In this document: positions 9,122 through 19,024 of the stretch, in pieces
Position numbering within the stretch: the stretch's first letter is position 1
How the letters are laid out: every line of letters starts with the position of its first letter
Assembly: GCA_965217865.1 (NCBI GenBank)
Contig: CBDCJO010000002.1
Location: 4,896,001 to 4,960,000, forward strand
DNA from: Candidatus Latescibacterota bacterium
GTDB lineage: Bacteria; Latescibacterota; UBA2968; SICM01
Length of the DNA stretch: 64,000 bases
Reading direction: 5' to 3'
The notes under the pieces: generated by a model
What the model saw: only the letters and a program-made list of their open reading frames with translations
Database searches by the model: none
What the model was told of the DNA's origin: nothing
Made by a program: the position numbers and the translations under genes

Positions 9122-11221
9122 GTGACGAACAGAAAACGTAAAATTCGAATCGGTGCGGACGTAGGCGGAACCTTCACCGACGTGGTGCTCATCGACGAAA
9201 CCGGCAGGGTCTGGACCCATAAGGTCCCGTCCACTCCCCCCGCGTTCGAGCAGGCCGTTCTGTCGGGAATGGAGCATTTGCTGGGAACCGCGAATTCAAG
9301 GGGAAATGCTGTCGGGGAGGTTGCCCACGGAACGACGGTGGCCACCAACGCAGTCCTGGAACAACGCGGGGCCAAGACCGCGCTCATCACCACACGAGGA
9401 TTTCGCGACGTGCTGGAGCTCCGGCGCGTCCGTATTCCCAAGTTGTACGACCTGTTCTTCGATAAACCGCCGGCATTGATCGAGCGTTACCTTCGCCTGG
9501 AACTGAGCGAACGCCTGGACGCCAGCGGAAAAGTGCTGACCCCCCTGGACCAATCCGAGCTCTATCGGCTCAAAGAATTCATGAAAAAAGAACAGGTGGA
9601 ATCGGTCGCTGTATGTTTCCTTCACGCGTATGCATCTCCGCAGCACGAACGGGCGGTGGGAGATTTCCTCAAAGCGCATCTGCCGGATGTTCAGGTCTCC
9701 CTTTCCTCTGAAGTTCTGCCGGAGCGTCGCGAATACGAACGAACGGCCACGACAGCGGTCAACGCTTACGTGCGTCCGGTGGTGCAGAATTATTTAGGTG
9801 CGTTGCGCCTGGGCCTTAACGCCATGGGGGTCAACCCGCCCCTGCTTATCATGCAGTCGGCCGGCGGCTTGACGCCGGAGAAGGATGCGGCACAACGTCC
9901 GGTATTCATGCTCGAATCGGGACCGGCGGCAGGCGTGTTGGCCGCCAATTTTATTTCTCGACGTCTGGGGATCACAAACGTCGTCACGCTCGACATGGGC
10001 GGTACAACCGCAAAAGCCTCCACAATCGAGGAAGGACGAATCATCTACACGCCGCAGTACGAAGTGGGGGCTTCGCTCTCTGCCAGCACCCGGCTGGTGG
10101 GGGGCGGCGGTGAACTGGTGCGTGCACCTACGATCGACATTGCCGAAGTGGGGGCGGGTGGGGGGAGCATCGCCTACCTGGATAAGGCCGGCGGCCTGCG
10201 GGTGGGGCCCCGAAGCGCCGGGGCTATGCCCGGGCCGGCCTGTTATAGGCGGGGGGGAACCGAGCCCACACTCACCGATGCGAATGTTGTGTTGGGCTAT
10301 ATCTATCCCGGAAAACTGGCGGACGGAGAAGTGGAGATTGACCTTGATACGGCGAAGCGGGTTGTGAGCGATCGTATTGCCGGTCCCCTGGGCATGGACC
10401 TTCTTCAGGCGGCCGAGGGCATTCACCGAATCGCCAATGCCCGAACCATGCGCGCCCTTCGCCAGGTGTCCACCGAGCGGGGACGCGATCCTCGCGATTT
10501 CGTTCTTATGGCCTTTGGCGGGGCCGGTCCTATCCACGCCGCGGGCCTTGCCCGGGAGCTCAACATCCGCCAGGTCATCATACCCCCCCTCCCGGGGCTC
10601 TTCAGCGCGATGGGGTTGCTTTTTTCAGGGATCGAACACCACGATGTACGCAGCTGCATGTTTGTAGGCGAGGCGCTGACCGTAGAGGCGGTTCAAAAAG
10701 TTCAAGTTGGGCTGGAGCAGGCTATGATTGCTCAATTTGAATCAGAGGGCTACGCGGCCGGTAGCGTGGAACTCAGTTATAGTGCGGATGTCCGCTTCAG
10801 GGGCCAGACCTCGGAGTTGCGAATTCCCCTGTCGGGCAGTCCATTCACAGACGAAACATTACGTCGGTTTCAGGAAGACTTCGCCGTGGAGCATGAACGG
10901 CTCTACGGCCACCGATCGGATCCGAACAACCCAGTCGAGGTGGTGGCCATTCGCGTAGTCGGCCGCAGCGGAGCGCCGGACTGCGAAAGTCGCCTGGAGC
11001 CTGCGGATTCCCGCCACTCGTCGGAATCCTCTCGCCCGGCTTATTTCGGGCGACAGTGGGGCACTATCCCAACACCCGTCTGCCGGCGTCGAGATTTGAC
11101 CGGCGGGGCAAAAGGGCCTCTGTTCATCGACGAATACGACTCTACGATTGTGGTCCCCCCCGACATGCAGGTGGTTGTGGATGAGCACATGAATGTTCGT
11201 TTGGAGGTTCAGGATGACTGA
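9122..11221 (+). CDS. Hydantoinase A / 5-oxoprolinase family, ATP-binding subunit
   Basis: DVGGTFTD, HGTTVATNA, SGPAAG, DMGGTT, GAGGGS, FGGAGP. Confidence 0.93.
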   Translation: MTNRKRKIRIGADVGGTFTDVVLIDETGRVWTHKVPSTPPAFEQAVLSGMEHLLGTANSRGNAVGEVAHGTTVATNAVLEQRGAKTALITTRGFRDVLELRRVRIPKLYDLFFDKPPALIERYLRLELSERLDASGKVLTPLDQSELYRLKEFMKKEQVESVAVCFLHAYASPQHERAVGDFLKAHLPDVQVSLSSEVLPERREYERTATTAVNAYVRPVVQNYLGALRLGLNAMGVNPPLLIMQSAGGLTPEKDAAQRPVFMLESGPAAGVLAANFISRRLGITNVVTLDMGGTTAKASTIEEGRIIYTPQYEVGASLSASTRLVGGGGELVRAPTIDIAEVGAGGGSIAYLDKAGGLRVGPRSAGAMPGPACYRRGGTEPTLTDANVVLGYIYPGKLADGEVEIDLDTAKRVVSDRIAGPLGMDLLQAAEGIHRIANARTMRALRQVSTERGRDPRDFVLMAFGGAGPIHAAGLARELNIRQVIIPPLPGLFSAMGLLFSGIEHHDVRSCMFVGEALTVEAVQKVQVGLEQAMIAQFESEGYAAGSVELSYSADVRFRGQTSELRIPLSGSPFTDETLRRFQEDFAVEHERLYGHRSDPNNPVEVVAIRVVGRSGAPDCESRLEPADSRHSSESSRPAYFGRQWGTIPTPVCRRRDLTGGAKGPLFIDEYDSTIVVPPDMQVVVDEHMNVRLEVQDD

Positions 11222-12956
11222 GACCACCGACCCCATCACCCGGGAAATCGTGCAAAACGCGCTGGCTGCTGGGGCCGATGAAATGGCCATCGCCCTCTAC
11301 AGGACCGCTTACTCCACGGTCGTGCGGGACTGTCTGGATTTCTCCACATCCCTTTGCGACGCCAATGGAGAGATGATCGCCCAGGGGGTCACCATCCCTC
11401 TGCACCTGGGGGCGGTTCCCTTCGCCATGGAGACGCTATTTGCCAAGTTCGGTGAAGACATGGAAGAGGGCGATGTCTTTATCCTCAACGATCCTTTCGA
11501 AGGCGGAATGCACATCCCCGACATCTTCATCGTCAAACCGATTTTTTGGGAGGGATCGCGAATTGCTTTTGCCGTAAGCACAGCCCACCACCTGGACATG
11601 GGGGGACGTCTCCCCGGCAGTTCGGCGTGCGACAACACCGAGATCTTCCAGGATGGCTTGCGCATTCCCTGGCTCAAACTCCATCGCCGGGGCCGTCCAG
11701 ACGAGGCCATCTTCGCCCTATTGCGCGCTAATGTGCGTGTGCCGAACATGACCATCGGTGATCTGATGGCGCAGTTGGCCTCCTGCCACATCGGGGAGCG
11801 CGCCATACACGACCTGGTCCGGCGTTATGGCCCCCGGACATTCAAGGCGTGCACCGCGGACTTGCTCGACTATACGGAACGACTTGTCCGATCTGAGATA
11901 TCCTCCTGGCCAGACGGAAGCTATAGCTTCACCGACTACATGGACAGCGACGGGGTGGGTGGGCCCCCGGTGAAGCTCCAGGTGACCATCACCGTTTCCG
12001 GAGATTCCCTCACCGCTGATTTCACAGGCACAGCACCCCAGGTGCGCGGGGCCATCAACAACACGCTCTCCTTCACCTTTTCCGTGGTTGCCCTGTGTGT
12101 GCGCGGGGCCATGAAGCAGGACATCCCCAACACAGCCGGCATGTTCAAACCGCTCGAGGTCATCGCGCCAGCCGGGACCGTTCTCCATGGCGTCATGCCC
12201 GCCGCATCGTCCATGCGCGGCATCACGGCCTTCCGCCTGGCAGACGCGGTCTATGGGGCCCTTTCCGGTCTTCTGCCGGACCGAATCATGGCCGCCGGAG
12301 AGGGTGGGAATACCCTGGTCATCATCGGCGGCCAGAACCCGGGCCGCACGCCATATGTCTTCTTCGAACTCATGGCGGGCACCTGGGGCGCTCGGCCGGA
12401 CCGGGACGGAAACGACGGACTTTGCAATCCGGCCAACGTTGCAAGCAATATTCCCGTCGAAGAGGCCGAATGCAGTTACCCCCTGCGGATCGAGCGCTAC
12501 GGTATGGTGCGTGACAGCGGGGGCGCGGGAAAATTCCGGGGCGGTCTGGCGATCGAACGCGAGTGGCAGTTGCTCGACGGAGAAGCACATCTCGCCATCC
12601 GCTCCGACAGGCGCGACCACCTACCCTACGGCCTCTACGGGGGGAAGTCCGGGACGGGTTCGATCAACATCCTCCGCCACGTTGAAGAGGAAGAAGTGTT
12701 GCCGACTATGATTTCGACTTCGATTCGAGCGGGCGAACGTTTCTACCACCGTCAGGCCGCGGGAGGGGGTTGGGGCGATCCCCTGGAACGGGACCCGGAG
12801 TCGATATCCCGGGACGCCAAAAACGACAAGGTTTCCTGTGAAGGCGCTCGTGAACACTACGGGGTCGTGATCGACCCAAACAGTTTCGTTGTCGATAAAG
12901 ACGCCACCGCCGCGCTACGCAAGGAGAAAGCGAAGGATCGCAATCTCCCTGAATAA
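11214..12956 (+). CDS. Hydantoinase B / oxoprolinase family subunit
   Basis: DFS, NDPFEGGMHIPD, HHLDMGG, DSGGAGKFRGG, GGGWGDP; overlaps the end of the A subunit. Confidence 0.93.
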   Translation: MTETTDPITREIVQNALAAGADEMAIALYRTAYSTVVRDCLDFSTSLCDANGEMIAQGVTIPLHLGAVPFAMETLFAKFGEDMEEGDVFILNDPFEGGMHIPDIFIVKPIFWEGSRIAFAVSTAHHLDMGGRLPGSSACDNTEIFQDGLRIPWLKLHRRGRPDEAIFALLRANVRVPNMTIGDLMAQLASCHIGERAIHDLVRRYGPRTFKACTADLLDYTERLVRSEISSWPDGSYSFTDYMDSDGVGGPPVKLQVTITVSGDSLTADFTGTAPQVRGAINNTLSFTFSVVALCVRGAMKQDIPNTAGMFKPLEVIAPAGTVLHGVMPAASSMRGITAFRLADAVYGALSGLLPDRIMAAGEGGNTLVIIGGQNPGRTPYVFFELMAGTWGARPDRDGNDGLCNPANVASNIPVEEAECSYPLRIERYGMVRDSGGAGKFRGGLAIEREWQLLDGEAHLAIRSDRRDHLPYGLYGGKSGTGSINILRHVEEEEVLPTMISTSIRAGERFYHRQAAGGGWGDPLERDPESISRDAKNDKVSCEGAREHYGVVIDPNSFVVDKDATAALRKEKAKDRNLPE

Positions 12957-12973
12957 TTCGCGTTAATCAGTCT

Positions 12974-15106
12974 ATGCGTGGAACCTATTTCAAAAATCGA
13001 ATCATGAAAAGCGAAGCCCATGTATGGACAACAGGTTTGATCCTTCTGCTATTTCCCATCAGCCTGTACGGTGAAGGCCAACTGACCGAAAATCCGGAGG
13101 TCATCGCCCTTGAGGAGATCGTGGTAACCGCCAGTCGTACGGACCAGAGGCTTAAGGACCTCCCTGCGCACGCAACCATCCTCACAAAACGGGAAATTCA
13201 CCAATCCGCTGCCCAGGCTCTGGATGATCTATTAAGGCAGGTCCCCGGCTTCAGCCTGTTCCGGCGGTCGAGCAGCATTGTGGCTCATCCGACCACACAG
13301 GGCGTGTCGCTGCGGGGAATCGGGGGAAGCGGATCCAGCCGCACGCTTGTCCTCGTCGATGGGTTCCCTTTGAACGATCCTTTCGGCGGCTGGGTCCAGT
13401 GGAGCAAGGTGGGTCTGGTCGGTGTCGAGCGGATCGAGGTGCTCAGGGGCGGGGGATCTCATATCTGGGGAAACTACGCACTGGGGGGAGTCATCCAAGT
13501 TGTCACGGAACAACCCCAAAAAAGGGGGGGAAGTTTATCCGCTGGCGGGGGGAATGGGAAAACCGCATCTATGAGTTTCACTGCAAACGATCGATTCGGA
13601 TCCACCGGGGTAGGGCTTGCAGGAAGCTATTTCAATACGGGCGGATACCCGATCGTCCGGAAGGACCAGCGGGGAAAAATCGACATCAATGCCGATTCGA
13701 AAAACCGAATGGTCCGGTTAAAACTGACTCATGATTTCTCTCCGAACGCGGAAATCAGCTTCCAAAGCAGCTTTTTCAATGAAGAACGGGACAACGGGAC
13801 CCCGTTGACTCAGAACGGGACGGACGCGGGGTTCTTCGGGATCCGTTCTGTGTTAAGAAAGCAGGATGGGAACAAATTGACCTTTACCGGTTTTTCACAC
13901 GTTCAGCGGTTCAAGAGTTTTTTCTCATCCCAATCTTCCGACCGAAATTCCGAAAGGCCTGCTCTGGATCAATTTAACGTCCCTTCAACCGCAATCGGGC
14001 TCTCTCTTGAGTGGTTGCGGCCCACCAAAGACTCGCATTTGTTTACATCGGGATTGGACTTCAGACGGGCTTCGGGCGAAACACAGGAGGATTTTCGATT
14101 TGCAACCGACAAATTTATCAGGAGGCGAAAGGCGGGTGGGGACCAGCAGGGGATGGGATTTTACATCCAGGATATCTTCTATCCTCAGCGCCGCCTTCAA
14201 TTCACCGCGGGGGGGCGGGTCGACCTTTGGCGAAACTTCGGAGGCTTTCGTCGTGAGACGGATCTGGAGACGAATCAGGTCATACGAAACGACGTATTCG
14301 CGGACCGGACCCGTTGGGTCTTCAATCCCAAGGCTGGATTGCTTTTTACTCTGTCCGACGGGGTCTCCTTCCGGGGTTCGTTTTACCGAACGTTCCGCGC
14401 ACCTACGCTGAACGAACTTTTCCGTCCGTTCCGTGTCGGGAACGTGATTACGAGCGCAAACGAAGATCTGGATCCCGAAAGGCTTGTGGGAGGGGATGTT
14501 GGATTGGACTTCGTGACGCCTTTCCTGACGGGGCGATTCACGGGCTACTGGAATGAGGTCGAAGGCTCTATTGTGAACCTGACTATCGGTAGCGGACCCG
14601 GCTCCGTTTCTCCCTGCGGGTTCGTGCCCGCCGGCGGTCTCTGCCGCCAGCGGCATAACCTGGAACGGACCCGGTTCAGGGGTTTCGAAGCTGAATTATC
14701 TTATCGGTTTCGTCGTTTTTTGAGCTGCTCGGTGAGTTATCTGTTGAGTGACAGCAAGATCCTGCGTGCCCCCGGGAAAGGGGGTCTCGAAGGCAAACGA
14801 ATTCCACAAATTCCCGCGAATCAGGTGGTCCTGAAGGTGGGTTTTGTTCATCCGGAATATTTTTCGGCTTCCGTTCAGGGAAGATATGTGGGCACACAAT
14901 TTGAAGACGACTCGAATCTGCTTGAGCTGGGAGGTTTCGGGGTGTTGGACTTTTCGTTTTCGCGAAGTGTCGATTCAAAAAGAGAAGTTTTTTTCACCGT
15001 CGAAAACATGTTGAATCAATCCTACGCCGTAGGCCTGGGAAGCAATGGCCTGGAGACGATCGGGGCTCTTATGCGAATCCAGGGAGGCGTTCGTTTGTGG
15101 ATTTAA
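12974..15106 (+). CDS. TonB-dependent receptor
   Basis: Signal peptide, EEIVVTASR TonB box, plug motifs LVLVDG and ERIEVLRG, FRAPTLNEL, aromatic C-terminal strand. Confidence 0.92.
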   Translation: MRGTYFKNRIMKSEAHVWTTGLILLLFPISLYGEGQLTENPEVIALEEIVVTASRTDQRLKDLPAHATILTKREIHQSAAQALDDLLRQVPGFSLFRRSSSIVAHPTTQGVSLRGIGGSGSSRTLVLVDGFPLNDPFGGWVQWSKVGLVGVERIEVLRGGGSHIWGNYALGGVIQVVTEQPQKRGGSLSAGGGNGKTASMSFTANDRFGSTGVGLAGSYFNTGGYPIVRKDQRGKIDINADSKNRMVRLKLTHDFSPNAEISFQSSFFNEERDNGTPLTQNGTDAGFFGIRSVLRKQDGNKLTFTGFSHVQRFKSFFSSQSSDRNSERPALDQFNVPSTAIGLSLEWLRPTKDSHLFTSGLDFRRASGETQEDFRFATDKFIRRRKAGGDQQGMGFYIQDIFYPQRRLQFTAGGRVDLWRNFGGFRRETDLETNQVIRNDVFADRTRWVFNPKAGLLFTLSDGVSFRGSFYRTFRAPTLNELFRPFRVGNVITSANEDLDPERLVGGDVGLDFVTPFLTGRFTGYWNEVEGSIVNLTIGSGPGSVSPCGFVPAGGLCRQRHNLERTRFRGFEAELSYRFRRFLSCSVSYLLSDSKILRAPGKGGLEGKRIPQIPANQVVLKVGFVHPEYFSASVQGRYVGTQFEDDSNLLELGGFGVLDFSFSRSVDSKREVFFTVENMLNQSYAVGLGSNGLETIGALMRIQGGVRLWI

Positions 15107-15136
15107 GTATTGAAGATCGAAATAGGAGGTTGTTCA

Positions 15137-17101
15137 ATGATCCGGAATAATCTGAACCATGCGATCGGGATTTTGATTCTTTTGTGCCTTTGTTCCTGTT
15201 CAAAGCCGATCGATCGAGTGGGTGAATGGCGGTCTTACGGCTCTGACTACGCCAGCACCAAGTTCACACCGCTTGATCAAATCCACAAGGGCAATGTTCA
15301 GGACCTGCAAGTCGCTTGGCGGTGGGAGTCTCCAGACAGCGAAATACTCAAGGCAAATCCGGGGCTCTGGACCATGCTTAACGAAGCGACCCCCCTGATG
15401 GTGGGCGGCGTTATTTACACGAGCACCTCCCTAAGCCAGGTCGCCGCAATCGATGCGTTTTCGGGGGAGACCATATGGGTGTACGACCCTGAGACCTATA
15501 AAGATGGCTCGCCGGCCAATGTGGGTTTTGTGCATCGCGGTGTGGCTTACTGGGAGGATGGGGAGGATCGGCGAATTCTTTACGGAACGGGTGACGCGTA
15601 TCTGATCGCTCTCGACGCCGGGACGGGAAAACCCATTCCCGGGTTTGGGGAAAAAGGGAGAGTCGATTTGACGAAAGGCCTGCGGCGTCCGATCGACCGA
15701 GAACTCTACGCCATTCCGACTCCGCCGGTTGTCTGCCGCGATATGCTCGTCGTGGGATCGACTGTCCTGGATGCTTTCGCGGTCAACCGTATGCCGGATA
15801 AGGCCATGCCGCCGGGGGATGTCCGGGGTTTCGATATCCGAACGGGGCAGCAGCGTTGGGTCTTTCATTCCGTACCCCAGGATGGGGAGTTTGCGAACGA
15901 AACCTGGGAAGCGGGGTCTTGGAAGACAACGGGCAACACGAATGTCTGGACCTTGATGAGCTCGGATGAGGCGCTCGGTTATGTTTACCTGCCTTTCAGC
16001 ACTCCAACGAACGATTACTACGGGGGCCATCGCCCGGGTGATAATCTGTTCGCTGAGAGTCTGGTTTGCCTGAACGCCGAGACAGGGAAACGCGTCTGGC
16101 ACTTCCAGATCCTGCACCACGGGCTCTGGGATTATGATCTCCCCGCGGCTCCTAATCTGGTCGATATCTCGGCGGGTGGGAGGAAGGTCAAGGCCGTCGC
16201 ACAGGTCACAAAGCAGGGTTTCTGTTTTGTATTCGACAGGGTCACGGGAGAACCGATCTGGCCCATCGAAGAACGTGCGGTTCCGCAGTCGACGGTGCAT
16301 GGAGAGAAATCGTCGCCGACACAGCCTTTTCCTACGAATCCCCTTCCGTTCGATCGGCAGGGTCTGACCCACGACGATCTGATCGACTTTACACCAGAAT
16401 TGAGGAAAGAAGCGATCGCAATCGTCGATCGATACGCTTATGGTCCGCTCTTCTCCCCGCCAACCGAGAAGGGTACGATTATAATGCCCGGAATCATTGG
16501 GGGCGCGAGCTGGGCTGGGGCCGGGGTCAATCCGGAGACCTGCGTGATGTATGTTCCTTCTTACACGCTTCCTGTTATCTTGACGCTTACGAAATCGGAG
16601 GGGCCGGATGCGCCTTACGCGTACACGGGGAGATACAAAGTCGGACCGGACGGACCCAGGGAACTTCCGATCATCAAGCCCCCTTATGGACGCATCACGG
16701 CCATAGATCTGAATACCGGGGAACACGTGTGGATGAGTCCGGTCGGAGATGGCCCGAAAGACAATCCTGCGATTCAAAACCTGGACCTTCCCCGGCTGGG
16801 CTGGGATCGGCGCACGTTTGTTTTGTTGACAAAAACCCTGGTGTTCGGTGCTCAACAGGGAAAAGCAAGCGAACGCGGTGTCTCAGCCCGGGGAAACGCT
16901 TTGGAGTTTACGACCGAAACCCATCGTGCCTTTCTGCGAGCGTTTGACCCGGACAACGGAGATCTGATTGCGGAAATACCCTTACCGGGAAACGCGACGG
17001 GATCCCCGATCACCTACATGCGCAGAGACAAGCAGTTTATCGCGATTCCGATCGGGGGGGCCTCTCAGCCGGCTGAACTGGTGGGATTAACAATGCCGTG
17101 A
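15137..17101 (+). CDS. PQQ-dependent dehydrogenase (glucose/quinate type), probable lipoprotein
   Basis: Lipobox LCSC, EATPL, RGVAYW, DYYGGHRPGDNLF, HHGLWDYD, KPPYG. Confidence 0.9.
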   Translation: MIRNNLNHAIGILILLCLCSCSKPIDRVGEWRSYGSDYASTKFTPLDQIHKGNVQDLQVAWRWESPDSEILKANPGLWTMLNEATPLMVGGVIYTSTSLSQVAAIDAFSGETIWVYDPETYKDGSPANVGFVHRGVAYWEDGEDRRILYGTGDAYLIALDAGTGKPIPGFGEKGRVDLTKGLRRPIDRELYAIPTPPVVCRDMLVVGSTVLDAFAVNRMPDKAMPPGDVRGFDIRTGQQRWVFHSVPQDGEFANETWEAGSWKTTGNTNVWTLMSSDEALGYVYLPFSTPTNDYYGGHRPGDNLFAESLVCLNAETGKRVWHFQILHHGLWDYDLPAAPNLVDISAGGRKVKAVAQVTKQGFCFVFDRVTGEPIWPIEERAVPQSTVHGEKSSPTQPFPTNPLPFDRQGLTHDDLIDFTPELRKEAIAIVDRYAYGPLFSPPTEKGTIIMPGIIGGASWAGAGVNPETCVMYVPSYTLPVILTLTKSEGPDAPYAYTGRYKVGPDGPRELPIIKPPYGRITAIDLNTGEHVWMSPVGDGPKDNPAIQNLDLPRLGWDRRTFVLLTKTLVFGAQQGKASERGVSARGNALEFTTETHRAFLRAFDPDNGDLIAEIPLPGNATGSPITYMRRDKQFIAIPIGGASQPAELVGLTMP

Positions 17102-17161
17102 AGCGCAGAGGGCAAAATCAAAACTTTGGGTATTTTTAGATTCGCGTCGGCCTTTTTATCC

Positions 17162-17185
17162 GTGGGCGGGAGTTCACTCCCGCGA
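17162..17185 (+). repeat. GTRG-family REP element
   Basis: GTGG + GCGGGAG-TTCA-CTCCCGC + GA: tetranucleotide guide followed by a perfect palindrome. Confidence 0.6.
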
Positions 17186-17239
17186 AGGAGCGGATGAACA
17201 AATTCCTCAAAAAGGATCGAATGGATCGAAAGGAAACCC

Positions 17240-18667
17240 ATGAGCGGTATTTATGAGCCGTTGTCCGATTTTGAGACGCGGGATTTGCCCGAGAAAAAGC
17301 TCTCATTCTGGAAGATGGCCGGTCCGGGGGCCATCCTGGTTGGGCTTTCGATCGGGGCGGGCGAAATCGTGGTGTGGCCCCGGATTGTCGCGGAGTTCGG
17401 GGCAACCATGGTCTGGGCCGCGGTGCTGGGGGTCTTTCTTCAATTGTGGGTGAACCTGGAAGTGGGCCGCTGGACCATTGCCACGGGCGAGACGGTCTAC
17501 ACGGGCTATTGCCGGGTTTGGCGGGGCTTCGCGCCGCTTTTTCTTTTTCTGACGATTTTGAGCTGGCTCGCGCCGGGGTGGGGTCGCGCCTCGGGCCTTG
17601 CCCTCAAAGCCCTCCTGGTGGGTCCCGGAGGACCCGGATCCGACACCCTCTGGACCGTGGTTACGTTCGCCGCGGTTGCTCTGGTTTTGTTCGGTCCGAA
17701 GGTGATCTATCAGTCTGTCGAAAGGACGATCGAGGTCCTGGTTGCGATCGTCACTTTGGGGCTTATCACCGTTGCGGTATTCGTCGGTTCAGGGGACACG
17801 TGGGCAGAGATTGGATCCGGGATCCTGAATGTTGGATACAAGGACCCGGGGATGACGGTCAAGGTGATGTTCATTGCGATCGTATTCGCGGGGGCCGGAG
17901 GGACGGCGAATCTTTTCTACACCTTCTATCTTCGGGATAAGCACATCGGTATGGGCGTCCACCTTCCGAGTCTCCTGAACCCCTTGCGCGGGAGGACGGA
18001 AGCGATCTCATCCACGGGTTTCCGATTTGAGGATTCCGAGGAGAATCGACTGCGCTTCAAGGCCTGGTGGGACTATATTAAGAAAGATCAGGTCCTTTTC
18101 TTCTGGTTTCTGAACACGTTTACCATCCTGCTTTTCATTTTTGGCGCCCTCGCGGTGCTTCATCCCCAGGGGATCGTGCCGGCCAAGGGGACCCTCATCT
18201 GGGACGAGGCTCAGATTCTCGGTGAGATCTGGGGAGGGCCGGGCCGTACTATTTTCCTGCTTGTGGGCATGGCCACCCTTTTCAGCACGCAGCTCGCCCT
18301 GGTGGACGGTGTGTCCCGCTCAGTGGCCGATATCATACACACCAATATCAAAGGGGCACGGAAGCGAGACCTGGGCTGGTGGTATCTCGTGGTTGCAGGG
18401 ACGTGGATCGTCGCGGGATGCCTCATCACCTATGTCATGGAAAGCAGGGGGGTCAGCGAACTGGGTTTTATTTTCAACGCGGCCTATATGGGGGGATTTG
18501 CGATGGCGATTTATGTGCCTCTAACGCTCTATATCAACTATCGGTTTCTTCCACGAGGGGCCAGGCCGAGAACCCTCAACACGGTGATGATGATCATCGC
18601 CTCGCTGGTTTATGTGGGGTTTGCAATATCGAGCATTGCCTGGGAGATCGGGCAGTGGACAGGATGA
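17240..18667 (+). CDS. Nramp-family (APC superfamily) transporter
   Basis: GPGAILVGLSIGAGE, EVGRWTIATGE, about 11 hydrophobic segments. Confidence 0.85.
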   Translation: MSGIYEPLSDFETRDLPEKKLSFWKMAGPGAILVGLSIGAGEIVVWPRIVAEFGATMVWAAVLGVFLQLWVNLEVGRWTIATGETVYTGYCRVWRGFAPLFLFLTILSWLAPGWGRASGLALKALLVGPGGPGSDTLWTVVTFAAVALVLFGPKVIYQSVERTIEVLVAIVTLGLITVAVFVGSGDTWAEIGSGILNVGYKDPGMTVKVMFIAIVFAGAGGTANLFYTFYLRDKHIGMGVHLPSLLNPLRGRTEAISSTGFRFEDSEENRLRFKAWWDYIKKDQVLFFWFLNTFTILLFIFGALAVLHPQGIVPAKGTLIWDEAQILGEIWGGPGRTIFLLVGMATLFSTQLALVDGVSRSVADIIHTNIKGARKRDLGWWYLVVAGTWIVAGCLITYVMESRGVSELGFIFNAAYMGGFAMAIYVPLTLYINYRFLPRGARPRTLNTVMMIIASLVYVGFAISSIAWEIGQWTG

Positions 18668-18716
18668 TGATGTGTTGAAGTTAAAGAATTTCGTTTTCAG
18701 GATCTTCGTAGTTCTT

Positions 18717-19005
18717 TTTGGTGGAAAGCGAGGTTCTGTGAGCGACGCATCAACGGGCCAACGGTCCGCGATCCGGATCAGTCCCACACATACCGTTCAT
18801 CGAAGGACATGGTTTGGGGCATTACGTTGTGAAATTATCGCGGCCCTTCAGGCCGCACGACGCTATTGTTTCGCACAACCCAGGGCGCTGCCCTGGGTTG
18901 AGGGACAACGCGCCGTTGGCGCTGAAAAAAGGCCTTGCCTTTAATCTCGGCTTATCGATTAGCACGAAGGCCCGGATGTCTATCGCGAAGACAGAGTCCA
19001 CTATA
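18717..19005. repeat. Dispersed MITE/BIME-like element, copy A
   Basis: Closely similar to 42966-43207; internal hairpins GGCCCTTCAGGCC, CCCAGGGCGCTGCCCTGGG and GCGCCGTTGGCGC; ends TTTGGTGGA...TCCACTATA. Confidence 0.85.
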
Positions 19006-19024
19006 TTCCAGGGAGAGCATGTTT

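Noticed and set aside
15431-16855. Long antisense ORFs (474 aa here; also 43390-44520, 51791-52822, 58529-59755)
   Set aside because: They lie opposite well-supported genes, have no motifs, and are expected from GC-rich codon bias.
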